The notes below the pieces were generated by a model that searched no databases, was not told the origin of the DNA, and saw nothing but the letters and a program-made list of their open reading frames with translations. A stretch of 62,997 nucleotides of DNA, counting the filler, from Vannella sp. (Eukaryota), in the NCBI GenBank assembly GCA_023345925.1. It is 6 parts of 6 records of this genome, joined end to end, with 100 filler letters (N's around TTAATTAATTAA, not from the genome) between each part and the next. Parts side by side here need not be neighbours in the genome. Positions count along the whole stretch, not along the records: positions 49,632 to 62,997 come from JAJQQN010000752.1; 5 more parts are not named here. One strand, written 5' to 3'. The position numbers and the translations under genes are program-made. Position 1 is the stretch's first letter. Every line of letters begins with the position of its first letter. Positions 50,988 through 61,387 of this stretch are shown here, in pieces.

Positions 50988-52466
50988 ATGGCAGATGCGC
51001 AAGAGGCGGAGCAGTTGAATGTGGACGAGCAGGAGTTGAAGGAGAGAGCTCTGTTGGAGAAGAAAGACTTGGAGGAGAAGGCCAAGGCCTTGAAGGAAGA
51101 GGAGAGGCGGCTCAAGGAAGAGGAGAGGGTTCGGAAAGAACAGGAGAAGAAGGAGAAGCAGGAGCGGAAAGCAGCAGAGAAGCAACAGAAAGCTCTAGAG
51201 AAGCAGGCTAAGAAGGAGCAGCTCGATCAGGAGAAGAAGGACAAGGCAGAGGCGCGAGCCTCCGAACTGGGGAACTTCCCCAAGAAGTTCAGGTTGGCCG
51301 GCAACTGGGTGTCTATGCATCACAGAATGGTAGCGCAGGACATGGACGGTAACGAGGTCAGCTCCTACCATCGTGAGCTGGTTTCACTCTCCAACAAGTA
51401 CCACCTGAATGACCGAAGTGGCCGCACTCTGGCAGTAGCAAAGAAGACCTCGGCTTCTTGGGGCGTAGAGTACCGCATCAAGAACAAGGTCAATGAGGAC
51501 AAGTACGAGATCCACGAGAAGAAACTGACGGAGGCGGAAGCCGCAGCTGGTGAAGGAAATAACTATTCCATCTTCAAGAACGGCTTTGAGATCGCTGAGT
51601 GTCCGAAGGAGGCTTTAGCCATGGGGAAGGTGGTCATCACTGAGGTTAACAATGGCCAGTGTGCCACTTTGACCAAGGCTTGGAAAGGAATGCAGGATAC
51701 CTGGAAGATTGTTTGCTCTGAAACCTCGCTGGTTGCGCCGTGGGTGATTGGATTCTTTGCTTCTATTGTGCAGATTGAAGGCAAGGTCAGGGAGTGCAAG
51801 GAGGAGAAAGACAAGAAGCAGAGGGCGGCTGAGCTGGCCGCATTCCCCCACGAGTTCAAGCTGATCAGCAACTGGCTTTCATTGCATCACCGCATTGCTG
51901 TGGAGGATATGAAAGGCCATGACGTCAGCTCGTACCATCGTGAGGTGGTCACCCTCGCCTACAAGTACCATTTGAACGGAAAGAGTGGACACACTTTGGC
52001 GGTAGCCAAGCGAGCCTCACAGCCTTGGGGCATCCAGTACCGCATCAAGAACAAAGGCAACAAGGACAAGTACGAAATTCATGAGAAGAAGGAGGGGCCC
52101 GTCGAGTCCCACGTGGGGGAGATCTACGCTCTCGTAAAGAATGGATTCGAGATTGCGCAGTGCCAGAAGTCTGATCTGCTTCAGGAGAAGATTGTTATCT
52201 CTGAGAAGAGCAAGAAAGAGTGCGCCACCATGACCAAAGTGAAGGGTTTGCACAATACCTGGCATATCAGCGTTCCAGAGGACTCTCAGATTGCCCCTTG
52301 GGTGATTGGATTCTTTGCCTCCATCGTGCAAGTGGAGGACAAGCTCAACGAGGCCAAAAAAGAGGAGAAGGAGAAGGAAGAGAAGGAGAAGGAAGAGAAA
52401 GAGAAGGAAGAGAAAGAGAAGGAAGAGAGGGAGAAAGAGCAATCCTGCGTTGTGGAGGCAGCCTAA
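50988..52466 (+). CDS. Protein with two tandem Tubby-C-like (LURP-one/scramblase superfamily) domains flanked by E/K-rich coiled coils
   Basis: Internal duplication of about 190 aa (FP..F.L..NW.S.HHR...YHLN..SG.TLAVAK...KNGFEIA.C...APWVIGFFASIVQ); charged termini; single exon. Confidence 0.6.
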   Translation: MADAQEAEQLNVDEQELKERALLEKKDLEEKAKALKEEERRLKEEERVRKEQEKKEKQERKAAEKQQKALEKQAKKEQLDQEKKDKAEARASELGNFPKKFRLAGNWVSMHHRMVAQDMDGNEVSSYHRELVSLSNKYHLNDRSGRTLAVAKKTSASWGVEYRIKNKVNEDKYEIHEKKLTEAEAAAGEGNNYSIFKNGFEIAECPKEALAMGKVVITEVNNGQCATLTKAWKGMQDTWKIVCSETSLVAPWVIGFFASIVQIEGKVRECKEEKDKKQRAAELAAFPHEFKLISNWLSLHHRIAVEDMKGHDVSSYHREVVTLAYKYHLNGKSGHTLAVAKRASQPWGIQYRIKNKGNKDKYEIHEKKEGPVESHVGEIYALVKNGFEIAQCQKSDLLQEKIVISEKSKKECATMTKVKGLHNTWHISVPEDSQIAPWVIGFFASIVQVEDKLNEAKKEEKEKEEKEKEEKEKEEKEKEEREKEQSCVVEAA

Positions 52467-52751
52467 CCGAATGAAGCTTCCGCAATCGGCACTTTTGGAA
52501 TAAATCTGTTCCCTCTCTGTCATTCGTCATTCGTAAAGCCAACTTTTGAAGTGACTTGAATGACGAAGGAACTTTCTGAAAGGTTCACTTTGGTTGATGG
52601 AAAGGTCGTTAGTATCTCATGTCGGGAGCGTTCTATCATCTGAATTCTGCTTTTAAAAGATATCTGGAAGTCGCTTTCTTCAAAGTAGTGACTCGTTTCT
52701 TCCATTTTAGGGGCAAAGGACCTTTTCTTCTGTTATCCTTCCATCTCTTTC

Positions 52752-53777
52752 ATGCCTTTGGGCAATCACACGCTCCTCCTATCTCAAGAAGGGGATCTTT
52801 GGGCTTTTGGATGGAATTGTGTGGGTCAACTTGGTCTTGGCCACACCAACGACGAATGGCAACCCGTGAAGGTCTCCTGGAATGGTCCGGTACCCGTTCA
52901 AGTGGACTGGGGCCGAAGCTCTTCTCTTGTTCTGGACGCAGAGGGTGCTGTGTGGGATGCTGGTCGCTGCAGATCATTCACGTGCTCTCCAGCGTTTCAG
53001 CGGCTCCCTAACCTTCCAAGCATTGCCTCGGTGGCTGCTGGTTCAGCCCATTGCGCGGCACTTGACACAAACGGCGGCCTTTGGGTGTGGACCAGCGTGC
53101 CCCTTTTTTCTTGGGCAGACACAGTTCCAAAGCAAGTAGAAGGTCTCCCGACTCTCCTTAAAGTGGCTTGCGGTGGGGAGTTCCTGGTGGCAGAGGCCGA
53201 AGAAGGAGATGTTTGGGTGTTGGGCCTCAAAGGCTATTCCCAACCGATCATCATCAATGCAGATAGACGCAGCAAAGGACCCCTCCGAAGTCTGGCGGCC
53301 TTGGACGCAGGAATGATTCTGGTCGACTTCCAAGGAGCCGTCTTTTCTGCTGGGAACAACTCTCATGGCCAACTGGGACCGATGGCTGGGTTTCATTCAA
53401 AGTTTGAGCGAGTGGACAATATACCTGTCATGGTTACGGCCTCCTGCGGGTACGAACAGTCTTTCTTTCTGGACGAGGACGGCAGAGTTTGGACCTGGGG
53501 ACCCAGAGAGGCTGGGCCTTTGGGAACAAATGGTACATCTGATTTGCACTCATCCACACAAGTTCCATTGTTAGAAGGGATAAGCGGGATGGTGGCGGGG
53601 GCGTTCCATTTTATGGCCTTCCCGAAGAGTGGCGGGATGCTGGTCTCAGGAGGAAACAACTACGGACAACTCGGACTCAACCACAGGATCGATCAGAGAC
53701 ACCCTGAACTGTCTCCACTCAAGCTTTCTCACCCATCTTCAGCCTGCAGCAGAAGTAAGAGTGCCCGCTTCCTTTAA
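52752..53777 (+). CDS. RCC1/BLIP-II repeat beta-propeller protein
   Basis: GWN..GQLGLGH, VAAGSAH, GNNSHGQLG, GNNYGQLG repeats; intronless; ends RSKSARFL. Confidence 0.85.
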   Translation: MPLGNHTLLLSQEGDLWAFGWNCVGQLGLGHTNDEWQPVKVSWNGPVPVQVDWGRSSSLVLDAEGAVWDAGRCRSFTCSPAFQRLPNLPSIASVAAGSAHCAALDTNGGLWVWTSVPLFSWADTVPKQVEGLPTLLKVACGGEFLVAEAEEGDVWVLGLKGYSQPIIINADRRSKGPLRSLAALDAGMILVDFQGAVFSAGNNSHGQLGPMAGFHSKFERVDNIPVMVTASCGYEQSFFLDEDGRVWTWGPREAGPLGTNGTSDLHSSTQVPLLEGISGMVAGAFHFMAFPKSGGMLVSGGNNYGQLGLNHRIDQRHPELSPLKLSHPSSACSRSKSARFL

Positions 53778-54116
53778 CGCACGATTGCGTTGGAGATAAT
53801 GATGACGCCAGCGAAGCATTTCTAATAAAACAGTGACTCAATGACAGATATCCAAGGTATTTCTTGTGTCCTAATCGGTCTCTGTTGTTGCCAAAAGCCA
53901 AAAGGTCCCTCAGCGGAGAGAATGGTATGAAAGCCCAAGGGCATGGAGGTGGGCAAGAAAAGTTGATCACCGCAAGAACCTTCCGCCAGGAATTCACCGG
54001 ACGCACTCAAACACGCCCGCAGGTCTCATTGAAAAATACTCTTCTCTTTCCTGCAAGTCAGCCGAAAAGTGAAACCGAATGCGATTTGAGTTATCCAATA
54101 CTTATCATTTGTTGCC

Positions 54117-55172
54117 ATGCCGTTAGGGTCACACACAATTCTGTTCTCCCGGGAAGGGGGCCTTCTGTCCTTTGGTCAAAACAATAACGGCCAACTCGGA
54201 CACACGCACTACGTATTAGAACCAACAGAAATCGACTGGAATGGCCCACAGCCAGTACAGGTGGACTGGGGATTCCATCACTCTTTGGTTTTAGACACAG
54301 AGGGCGGTGTGTGGCAAGCTGGTTGGCGCAATCCAAGTGGGACTTCTCCTGATCCCACCTTTCTGCCAGTCCCAAATCTGCCCCTTGCCGTTTCAGTCGC
54401 TGCTGGTCTGTTTCACAATGCTGCAGTTGATGTCAAAGGCGGCCTTTGGGTGTGGACGAAAGAGACTGATGTGTCTTGGGCAAGCCCCCTTCCTCGACAA
54501 GTGGAAGGCCTCCCTCCAGTCATCAAAGTGGATTGCGGAAACACATTTCTCGTAGCAGAGACCGAAGAAGGCCTTTGGGCATTAGGCAACAACTTCGGAG
54601 GGCAACTGGGCCTCGGACACAGAAAAAGCGCACTGCACCCGACTCGGGTCCAGGTGGAAGGTCGATCACAAGGTCCTCTCCGACACCTGGCTGCCCTCAA
54701 TAATTCGACGGTTCTCATTGACTCGGAAGGATCTGTCTTTTCCTGTGGATACAGCGCCTTAGGGCAACTGGGGCGCTCTTCTGGTGATGATTCGAAGCTT
54801 CAGCGAGTCAGTAATATCCCTCCGATGGCCACAGCTTCCAGCGGACACGAACATATACTATGTTTGGATGATAATGGTGGGGTCTGGACTTGGGGGCGAG
54901 GGGAATTTGGGCAACTGGGGATGGGTGCCAATTATGATGTGCACCAGCCAACTCTGATTCCAGCCTTAGAAGGATCGACTGCCGTACTGGCTGGAGCATC
55001 CCATTCTTTAGTATTTTCGACGGATGGGGTCGTGACAGTCTTCGGGCACAACTTGTGGAGGGAGCTTGGTCTCAATCACAACAACAACATCCTCATACCT
55101 ACTCATTCTCCCCTCCAGGCCGCTCTCCCTCATCCAACCTACAGCAGAAAGAAAAGCGCCCGTTCTATTTAA
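54117..55172 (+). CDS. RCC1/BLIP-II repeat beta-propeller protein
   Basis: GQNNNGQLG, GNNFGGQLGLG, WGRGEFGQLG repeats; intronless; ends RKKSARSI. Confidence 0.88.
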   Translation: MPLGSHTILFSREGGLLSFGQNNNGQLGHTHYVLEPTEIDWNGPQPVQVDWGFHHSLVLDTEGGVWQAGWRNPSGTSPDPTFLPVPNLPLAVSVAAGLFHNAAVDVKGGLWVWTKETDVSWASPLPRQVEGLPPVIKVDCGNTFLVAETEEGLWALGNNFGGQLGLGHRKSALHPTRVQVEGRSQGPLRHLAALNNSTVLIDSEGSVFSCGYSALGQLGRSSGDDSKLQRVSNIPPMATASSGHEHILCLDDNGGVWTWGRGEFGQLGMGANYDVHQPTLIPALEGSTAVLAGASHSLVFSTDGVVTVFGHNLWRELGLNHNNNILIPTHSPLQAALPHPTYSRKKSARSI

Positions 55173-55538
55173 AACTCTAATACAGAGAGTTTCCCTTCCA
55201 GAAGGACGTTTCAAAAACCTTGGTACCAATTGTGGTAACAAAAGTCCTGGTCTTCCCTCCATGATGTCTACCTCACTCTGCATTTCATTCAGGGTCTGAT
55301 ATTCTGATTTCAGAAGGCTCTTCATTCCCACAAAAGTGGATTTGGTAGTAAATATCTCCAAGTGTCGCCCCTTTGACCGGCCAGACCGCCACTCGTTGCT
55401 AATGCCCTTACAGGATGATAGTGAAGGCATCACAAAGAATCGAATTGGGATTAGGAGCTCCGATTCAATTTCAAGAGGATAATGCTTGGAGTCTTCCAGC
55501 AAAACTCCCAATCCCTCCCTTCAGTTCACATTATTGTA

Positions 55539-57206
55539 TCATGTGTCAGATAATGATGCGTTAACGATTGACAGGAGCTCTTCGGTAATCGGGAACAGTT
55601 GACCGGCGGGATGACCCCGTTCGGTCAATCCAGAGAACACTCTGGAGACAAGATAGTCAAATTGGGAGGAAACTGTAGCATTCATCAGCTCCCCACTAGA
55701 AAGTAATGATGGGAAAGGATAATCAGAAGAACTTTCGTCCATCATACAAACACTAATCAGGTAGATTTGAGCAGCAGACTTACAGACCTTTTGCACTTTC
55801 AAGAATCCCTCTTTCAGGATTGGACTCGGAGAAGATAGACTCTCCTGGTAAGTTCCATCTAAAAGCCATTCTAAGTCGACAAAGTTATCAACAATGCGAA
55901 GAGCCATGTTGTCCAATGTTCCATTATCAGGTTCGGCAAAAGGTGCATTCTGTTCCAAAACTTGCAAGACAGAGTCCCACTCCATTGCCTCTGTGCTGGC
56001 ATCAAAAAGAAGAGAAACTTGAGGAGAAGGGTATTCTTGGCTGGCAACATAGAGCATTCCGTAGGCGCAAGGGTTGCCTGGAGTCCCATCACCTCGAGAC
56101 ATTTGTAGCATTTCCGACTCATCTGCCAGAGTACAAATGGAATCATTGCATTTCCACCAAAAATTCTGGACTTCTCGATCTCGCACATAAGCAATGTAAT
56201 GGCCACTCTCTGCAGACCCAGCATGGATTATCACAGCATGAAGGCGATACTCAGAAACTGGCTTTAAGGAAGAGAACAGAGATAAGCTCTCGTGCTCTCG
56301 CTCGAGAACCCTGATTCTCTCTTTCAGTATCTTGATTCGGTCCTGAAAGGTTTTCATGTGTTCTTGGAGGACAAGTGCTGTTGGGGGAATGAGAGTGGCC
56401 ATTTGGGGGAACAACTGAATTGATCGGGTAAGGAGGAATTCACCTGTCTTCTGGAAGCTGTGAAGAATGTCTCCACCTTCAGAGAGCTCATTCTTCAGTT
56501 CTCTAAGTTCTTGGGACAGTTTTGAGAGCTCAAAAAGATGGATTTCCTCAAGCATGAGTGGGGATAGGTCAAGATCTAATGGAACAGAGATGGGCTCATC
56601 CAGTTTGACCACTTTTTGTGTTTCAGAATCGAAACAAAAGCGATTCAGCTGAACCCACAAGCATGGGGGGAGCATGTAAGAGACTCTGAGCTCTCCCTGA
56701 GTTGTTTGCACCCGAGATAGATCGAGTAGAGCATCCCTTATTGAAAGATTCTCCCGAACTGGAAGACTGAAATCGCCCGGACCTATCTGGAAGGATTTGA
56801 GGGGCTCCTTTGAAAGAGAGCTTTGAACCTTGATTCCCTGGAATAGACGGTCGAATACAAGCTCCTTTTCTTGTCCAGACAAGCACAAGGCAGATCGAAT
56901 AGATGCTAAAAGCTTCGAATTCACTTCAAACGAGTCTCTTTGCTCACTATCTTGAGTCACTGCTCTCACCAGCTCTGTAGGATCGACTGATAGCCCTGAA
57001 GTTCCACCAAATAGAAGCTTCTCGAAGACTCCTTGTAACGCCAACAACAGTGTTACGTCAGGGTGCACCTCCGGGGAGTTGGTCTTGGGAGGCTCGAACC
57101 CAACAACGAGCCTCCTCATCTCAGGATGGCAGTCAAGATAGCACTGGACCAACACGTTAAGATAACATGAGTTTCCAATGTTGTTCAGACCCAGCCGCCT
57201 CTCCAT
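55539..57206 (-). CDS. Ubiquitin-specific protease (C19), USP25/28/Ubp2-like with coiled-coil insertion; 3' end uncertain
   Basis: Cys box GLNNIGNSCYLN, QRDSFE, His box HAGSAESGHYIAYV, WWKCNDS. Confidence 0.88.
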   Translation of the reverse strand: MERRLGLNNIGNSCYLNVLVQCYLDCHPEMRRLVVGFEPPKTNSPEVHPDVTLLLALQGVFEKLLFGGTSGLSVDPTELVRAVTQDSEQRDSFEVNSKLLASIRSALCLSGQEKELVFDRLFQGIKVQSSLSKEPLKSFQIGPGDFSLPVRENLSIRDALLDLSRVQTTQGELRVSYMLPPCLWVQLNRFCFDSETQKVVKLDEPISVPLDLDLSPLMLEEIHLFELSKLSQELRELKNELSEGGDILHSFQKTGEFLLTRSIQLFPQMATLIPPTALVLQEHMKTFQDRIKILKERIRVLEREHESLSLFSSLKPVSEYRLHAVIIHAGSAESGHYIAYVRDREVQNFWWKCNDSICTLADESEMLQMSRGDGTPGNPCAYGMLYVASQEYPSPQVSLLFDASTEAMEWDSVLQVLEQNAPFAEPDNGTLDNMALRIVDNFVDLEWLLDGTYQESLSSPSPILKEGFLKVQKVCKSAAQIYLISVCMMDESSSDYPFPSLLSSGELMNATVSSQFDYLVSRVFSGLTERGHPAGQLFPITEELLSIVNASLSDT

Positions 57207-57308
57207 GAGGGGGAAACAAAATGAAGAGAAGGCGAGGGGAAATGCGAGGGGAAATGCTCAAAAGGGAAGTGAAATGCGAGGGGAAGTGTCCAAAGTACTG
57301 GGGAAATG

Positions 57309-59339
57309 TTATTCTTGGGTGCTGTGCGCCAGCTTCATGAGAAGAACTTTGTTTTCGGACTTGATTTGTTGGAGATCAGCCTCAACGCGGGCCAGATCGA
57401 GGTCTCCAGCACGTTGGGAGATCTGAGAGAGCTTGTCGGAGAGGTCCAGAACTTGATTAGTGACATTGCCGAGTTCAGAAACCTTCTCAGCGAGAGCTTG
57501 GTACTTCTCATGGATGGCCACGAGTAATTTGAAGGAGGTTTTGGCGGCTGTCTCGCCCTTCTTCTCGTCTTTGGCATCCAAATAGATCGTTTCATTGGCC
57601 AAAGTGAATGTGCGACCCAAAGCATCAATGCTAGTATTGATTTCCTTCTGGAGCGTGCGGTTATCCAGCAGAATCTAGTCTCTATCAAGTCAGTACTCGC
57701 GAATGTGGAAAGTGTCTTAGTCACTTGCCTTGGCAATATCCACTTTCTGCTTTTTCACCTGTTTGACAATCTCGAGGATGCGGTTAGTGTAGACAGAGCG
57801 ATTGATGTTCTGTGGAAGCTGGCGGTAAACCTCCAAGAGCTCCTTGAAGCGCTCGTCCTTCTTGGAGGTCTCCCCATCGAGTTCCTTCATCTGGACTCGC
57901 ATTTGCTTGATACCAGCAAGCAAGTCAGCTGTACCTCCCTTTCTGTTGACATGCTGTGCCTTAAGCTTTCGGTAAGAATCCAGCAGCTGGGCACGATGGT
58001 TCTCCCATTCCCTGGCCAGCTCCATCAACTGACCAGCGCTCTTCTGGGAGATCTCCTGGAGCAAGCGAATGTTGCTGGCGGCGTTAGGAAGCAGCTCTTC
58101 GAAGACCTTCTTGTCAATGCGATAGCGCTCTTGAAGGAGCTCGAACTTATTGTCCTCGTTGATGACGCTGGCCTCACTCTGGCGAATGCTCATTTGGAAG
58201 TTCTCCATGTCCTTCTTGACCTGTTCAAGGCGAGCCTTGAGGTTGTTCATGATCTCCTCCAGCGCTGCCAGCTCCTCCTCGCGACGGCGAGTGAGGTCTT
58301 CCTCGGACTCTTTGGGAACCAATGCTGCCGTGGACGATTCCTCTTGCGTGTAGTCCACCAAGTTAGTGAAGCGATTAGCCTTTCTCATGCGAGACGCCTT
58401 CTCCTTCTCTTGCTCGCCAGCATAGGCAGCGAAAGAAGCCTCCGACTCCTCCACACTGTAACGAATGCGCTGTCCCATCTGCTTAGCGATGCGCATGCGC
58501 TTCTGCGCACGGAACTGGGATGGATCTAGACCTGAATCAAGGCCAAGAGACTCCCACTCGTCACGCAAGAAGGCCTCTTCCACGCAACAAGCAAAGTTGT
58601 GCTCCAGAAGAGACGGAACGACGTCCTTTCGACGAGGAGGCTGTCTTGTCACAAAGTCTGCGTTGCTAGTCTCAAAGGCATCGTCAATCGGACTAGTAAA
58701 GAAGTGGTTGGTAGAGTGGTAGACCTGCTGGATGGAAAGAGGGTCGAAGATGGGGCTCCAAGTCTCCTTCACGAGAGTGCTGAACTTGGCAACAATCGCC
58801 TTCTTCAACAGCTCACCACTGTCGGCTATGTCGACCTTGTAAGCCACTTGGCAAGGTCAGGGCGAAAAGGAGCAACATACCGCCAACTTCAGCACTTGTG
58901 GACGATTGCTCTTGCTCTGTGCGGGGTAGCTTGCTAGTAAGGAAGTTGAGGAGGCTACGAGTGTCATTGTTGTTCGGATAGAGGAGCTGGTGGTATCCCA
59001 GGTCGCCCTTGTAGCCGATTTCCTTCACCCAAAGTCAGAGCCTTTGGGGAAGCTGGCGTTCCTTCGTACCTTGACGATTTGAGCTGTTTCTGCACAGGCA
59101 GATACACGAGCAGACATTCCAGCTCCCACCGAAGTCTTGATCTCTCTGTCAGGGAGAATAGCTTGCAAACAGCGAACGACAGCTTGGAAGAGAGCAGCCG
59201 AGTCAAACTCGTTGACAGAGCGCATGCCCTCCTTCAGATCACTACCACCACTCATTAGCACCCTATTCTATCATCTCCTACCCTCTCACCATCCAATAGA
59301 GCGCAGAGCAAAGAGGATGATCTGGTCGACCTCCTCCAT
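57309..59339 (-). CDS. CCDC22: Coiled-coil domain-containing protein 22 (CCC/Commander complex; multi-exon)
   Basis: MEEVDQII, GYKGDLGYHQLLYP, LAREWENHR, RSVYTNRILEIVKQVKKQK.DI.K, RTFTLANETIY. Confidence 0.9.
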
Positions 59340-59438
59340 CAGCCCACCACCAAATGGCCTCTCCGACGCAAATCGCTTTGCCACTTTGTTTATTATCATA
59401 GAGAGACTGTCTAGCCGGAAGGGGAAGTCCATTGGGTC

Positions 59439-61318
59439 ATGGCGCAGCGACCGTTACCACCTTTGGGGACGCCTCCTCGCGCTCTGCCCAAGGGAGGGAA
59501 GTTCTCTGTGATAGAAGCGAACCCAGTGACGAAAGCACCTGAGGGGAAGACAAGGAAGTATCGGGTACGTGGTAGGTACGGCGCACCTGAGCTGGTGTTC
59601 GTATCAGAGATTCTTCGCGGAATGGGGTACTCTGTAACGACATCGAACGACTCCTGGGACATCATTTGGACTGTTCGAATGTTCCCACATGAGTATAAGA
59701 TCCTTGCACCCTTTCAGAAGGTCAATTTCATGCCCGGACTGCACGTAATCTGCAGTAAGAACCTCTTGCATGCCTCCTTGACCTCTGCTCGAGCTCGTTG
59801 GCTGTCCGATCTCCCCCGCTGCGTCTCTGAGAGTACTTCAAACGATACCAGAGGCACTCGTAAACACTATGAGCTCGCCAATTGTGGCTTCTGGCCTACA
59901 GGCTTCAACTTAGAAGTGCCAGAGCAGTTCGACGAGTTGGTTCGCATTTTCGAAGAACACGAGGCACGGAAGGTACTCAAGCCACACACGAAGCTGATTT
60001 ATATCATCAAGAAGCCTTTCAGCTCCTGCGGAAGAGGAGTGAACGTTATCAGCACACTTGAAGAGCTTTTGGCGGTATGTCACTTCAAGTCACTTCCCAA
60101 ACTCCTTCTTATTCGAGATTGCTCACTGTTTGTAGATTCCTTCTAGTCCAGAATACCTCCCTTTGTTGAAGCACCGACCGCTAGCCCAGGAATACATTGC
60201 AGACGTCAAGTTGTTGGATGGCTTCAAGTACACTATGAGGATCTACGTGGCGCTCACTGGTGTTAATCCAATGGTACTAATCACTATACACGCAAGGGAT
60301 GAAGCTAATCGGAGACTTAGAGCGCATACATCCACAAAAAGGGACTTCTTCGAATCTGCTCAAAACGGTATTCGCTTGATGAAGAGTCCTTGAAGGACGA
60401 ATACGTTCATATCGATAGCATTGCTATCAACAAGAACAATCAGGAGGCGGAGAGGATCTCTGCTGATCTACCACATGATGGATTGCGAGGGTAAGTCTCT
60501 GGGGTTGGAGCAAGAAGCGAACTCTAATGAGGGTAGTGAGGTATCGGCCTATCTGAAACTGCTTGAGTTGGAGTACTCTCGAAGTCAATCAAGAGAATTG
60601 TGGGAAAGCATCAGAGATCTTGTGGGATTGTCTCTTTTGTCCGCAGAGCGAAACATCACAACTGCTGTGGCCTCGTCCTGCACCCAACGCTCTCACACCT
60701 TCGAAATTCTGGGATATGATGTTCTCATAGATGAGAGGCTCAAGCCCTGGCTTCTAGAAATCAACCACACTCCTTCTCTCGAACCTGGAACGGACTTGGA
60801 GAACGAAGTGAAGCGCTCAATGCTCTCTGACTTGTTCCAATTAGTTGACATTTCATCAGAGCGCAAGCTAGCTGTCAGATTGATTACTGACCGAATGTGG
60901 AGTATCTTCCAAGTGTAAGTCAACTCAATAGCTGTCTTTCCTTGTAGATACTGAAGTGAGGGCTTCCTGTAGATTGCAAGCGGACATTGAAGCCGGTATA
61001 ACGCCAGAATGTTGCCTCTACAACGAGGAGCTTGCCAAGTTCGATTTGATGGAATTTGATAAGTCTATTGTCTGGATTCTGGTGAACTTGGAGCTGGAGG
61101 TAGGGGACTCTTATGTTCTTATAGTAGAAACTCAAAGAATTGTTCAACAGAGAGAAGCAGGCGGAGGATTTGAATTGGTCCTGCCATCTCGCAAGTATTT
61201 GCCTTTTACTCAGGATTCTGCGAAGAGCTGTTTGGCAGCCCGTTGGATGAGTTCCGGCCTATCGGTAGAACGAGATGTTTACCTTTCTGATGTTAGCGAA
61301 GGGGAAGCCTCTCGCTGA
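59439..61318 (+). CDS. Tubulin-tyrosine ligase-like (TTLL) protein (multi-exon)
   Basis: WDIIW, QKVNFMPG, IKKPFSSCGRGV, QEYI, KYTMRIY, FEILGYDVLID..LKPWLLEINHTPS. Confidence 0.9.
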
Positions 61319-61387
61319 GAGTCCTATTCACACTTTGCCTTCGGCAGTCCAGAATAATACATTTATGCAAAGAGACTGGCTTGTCGA

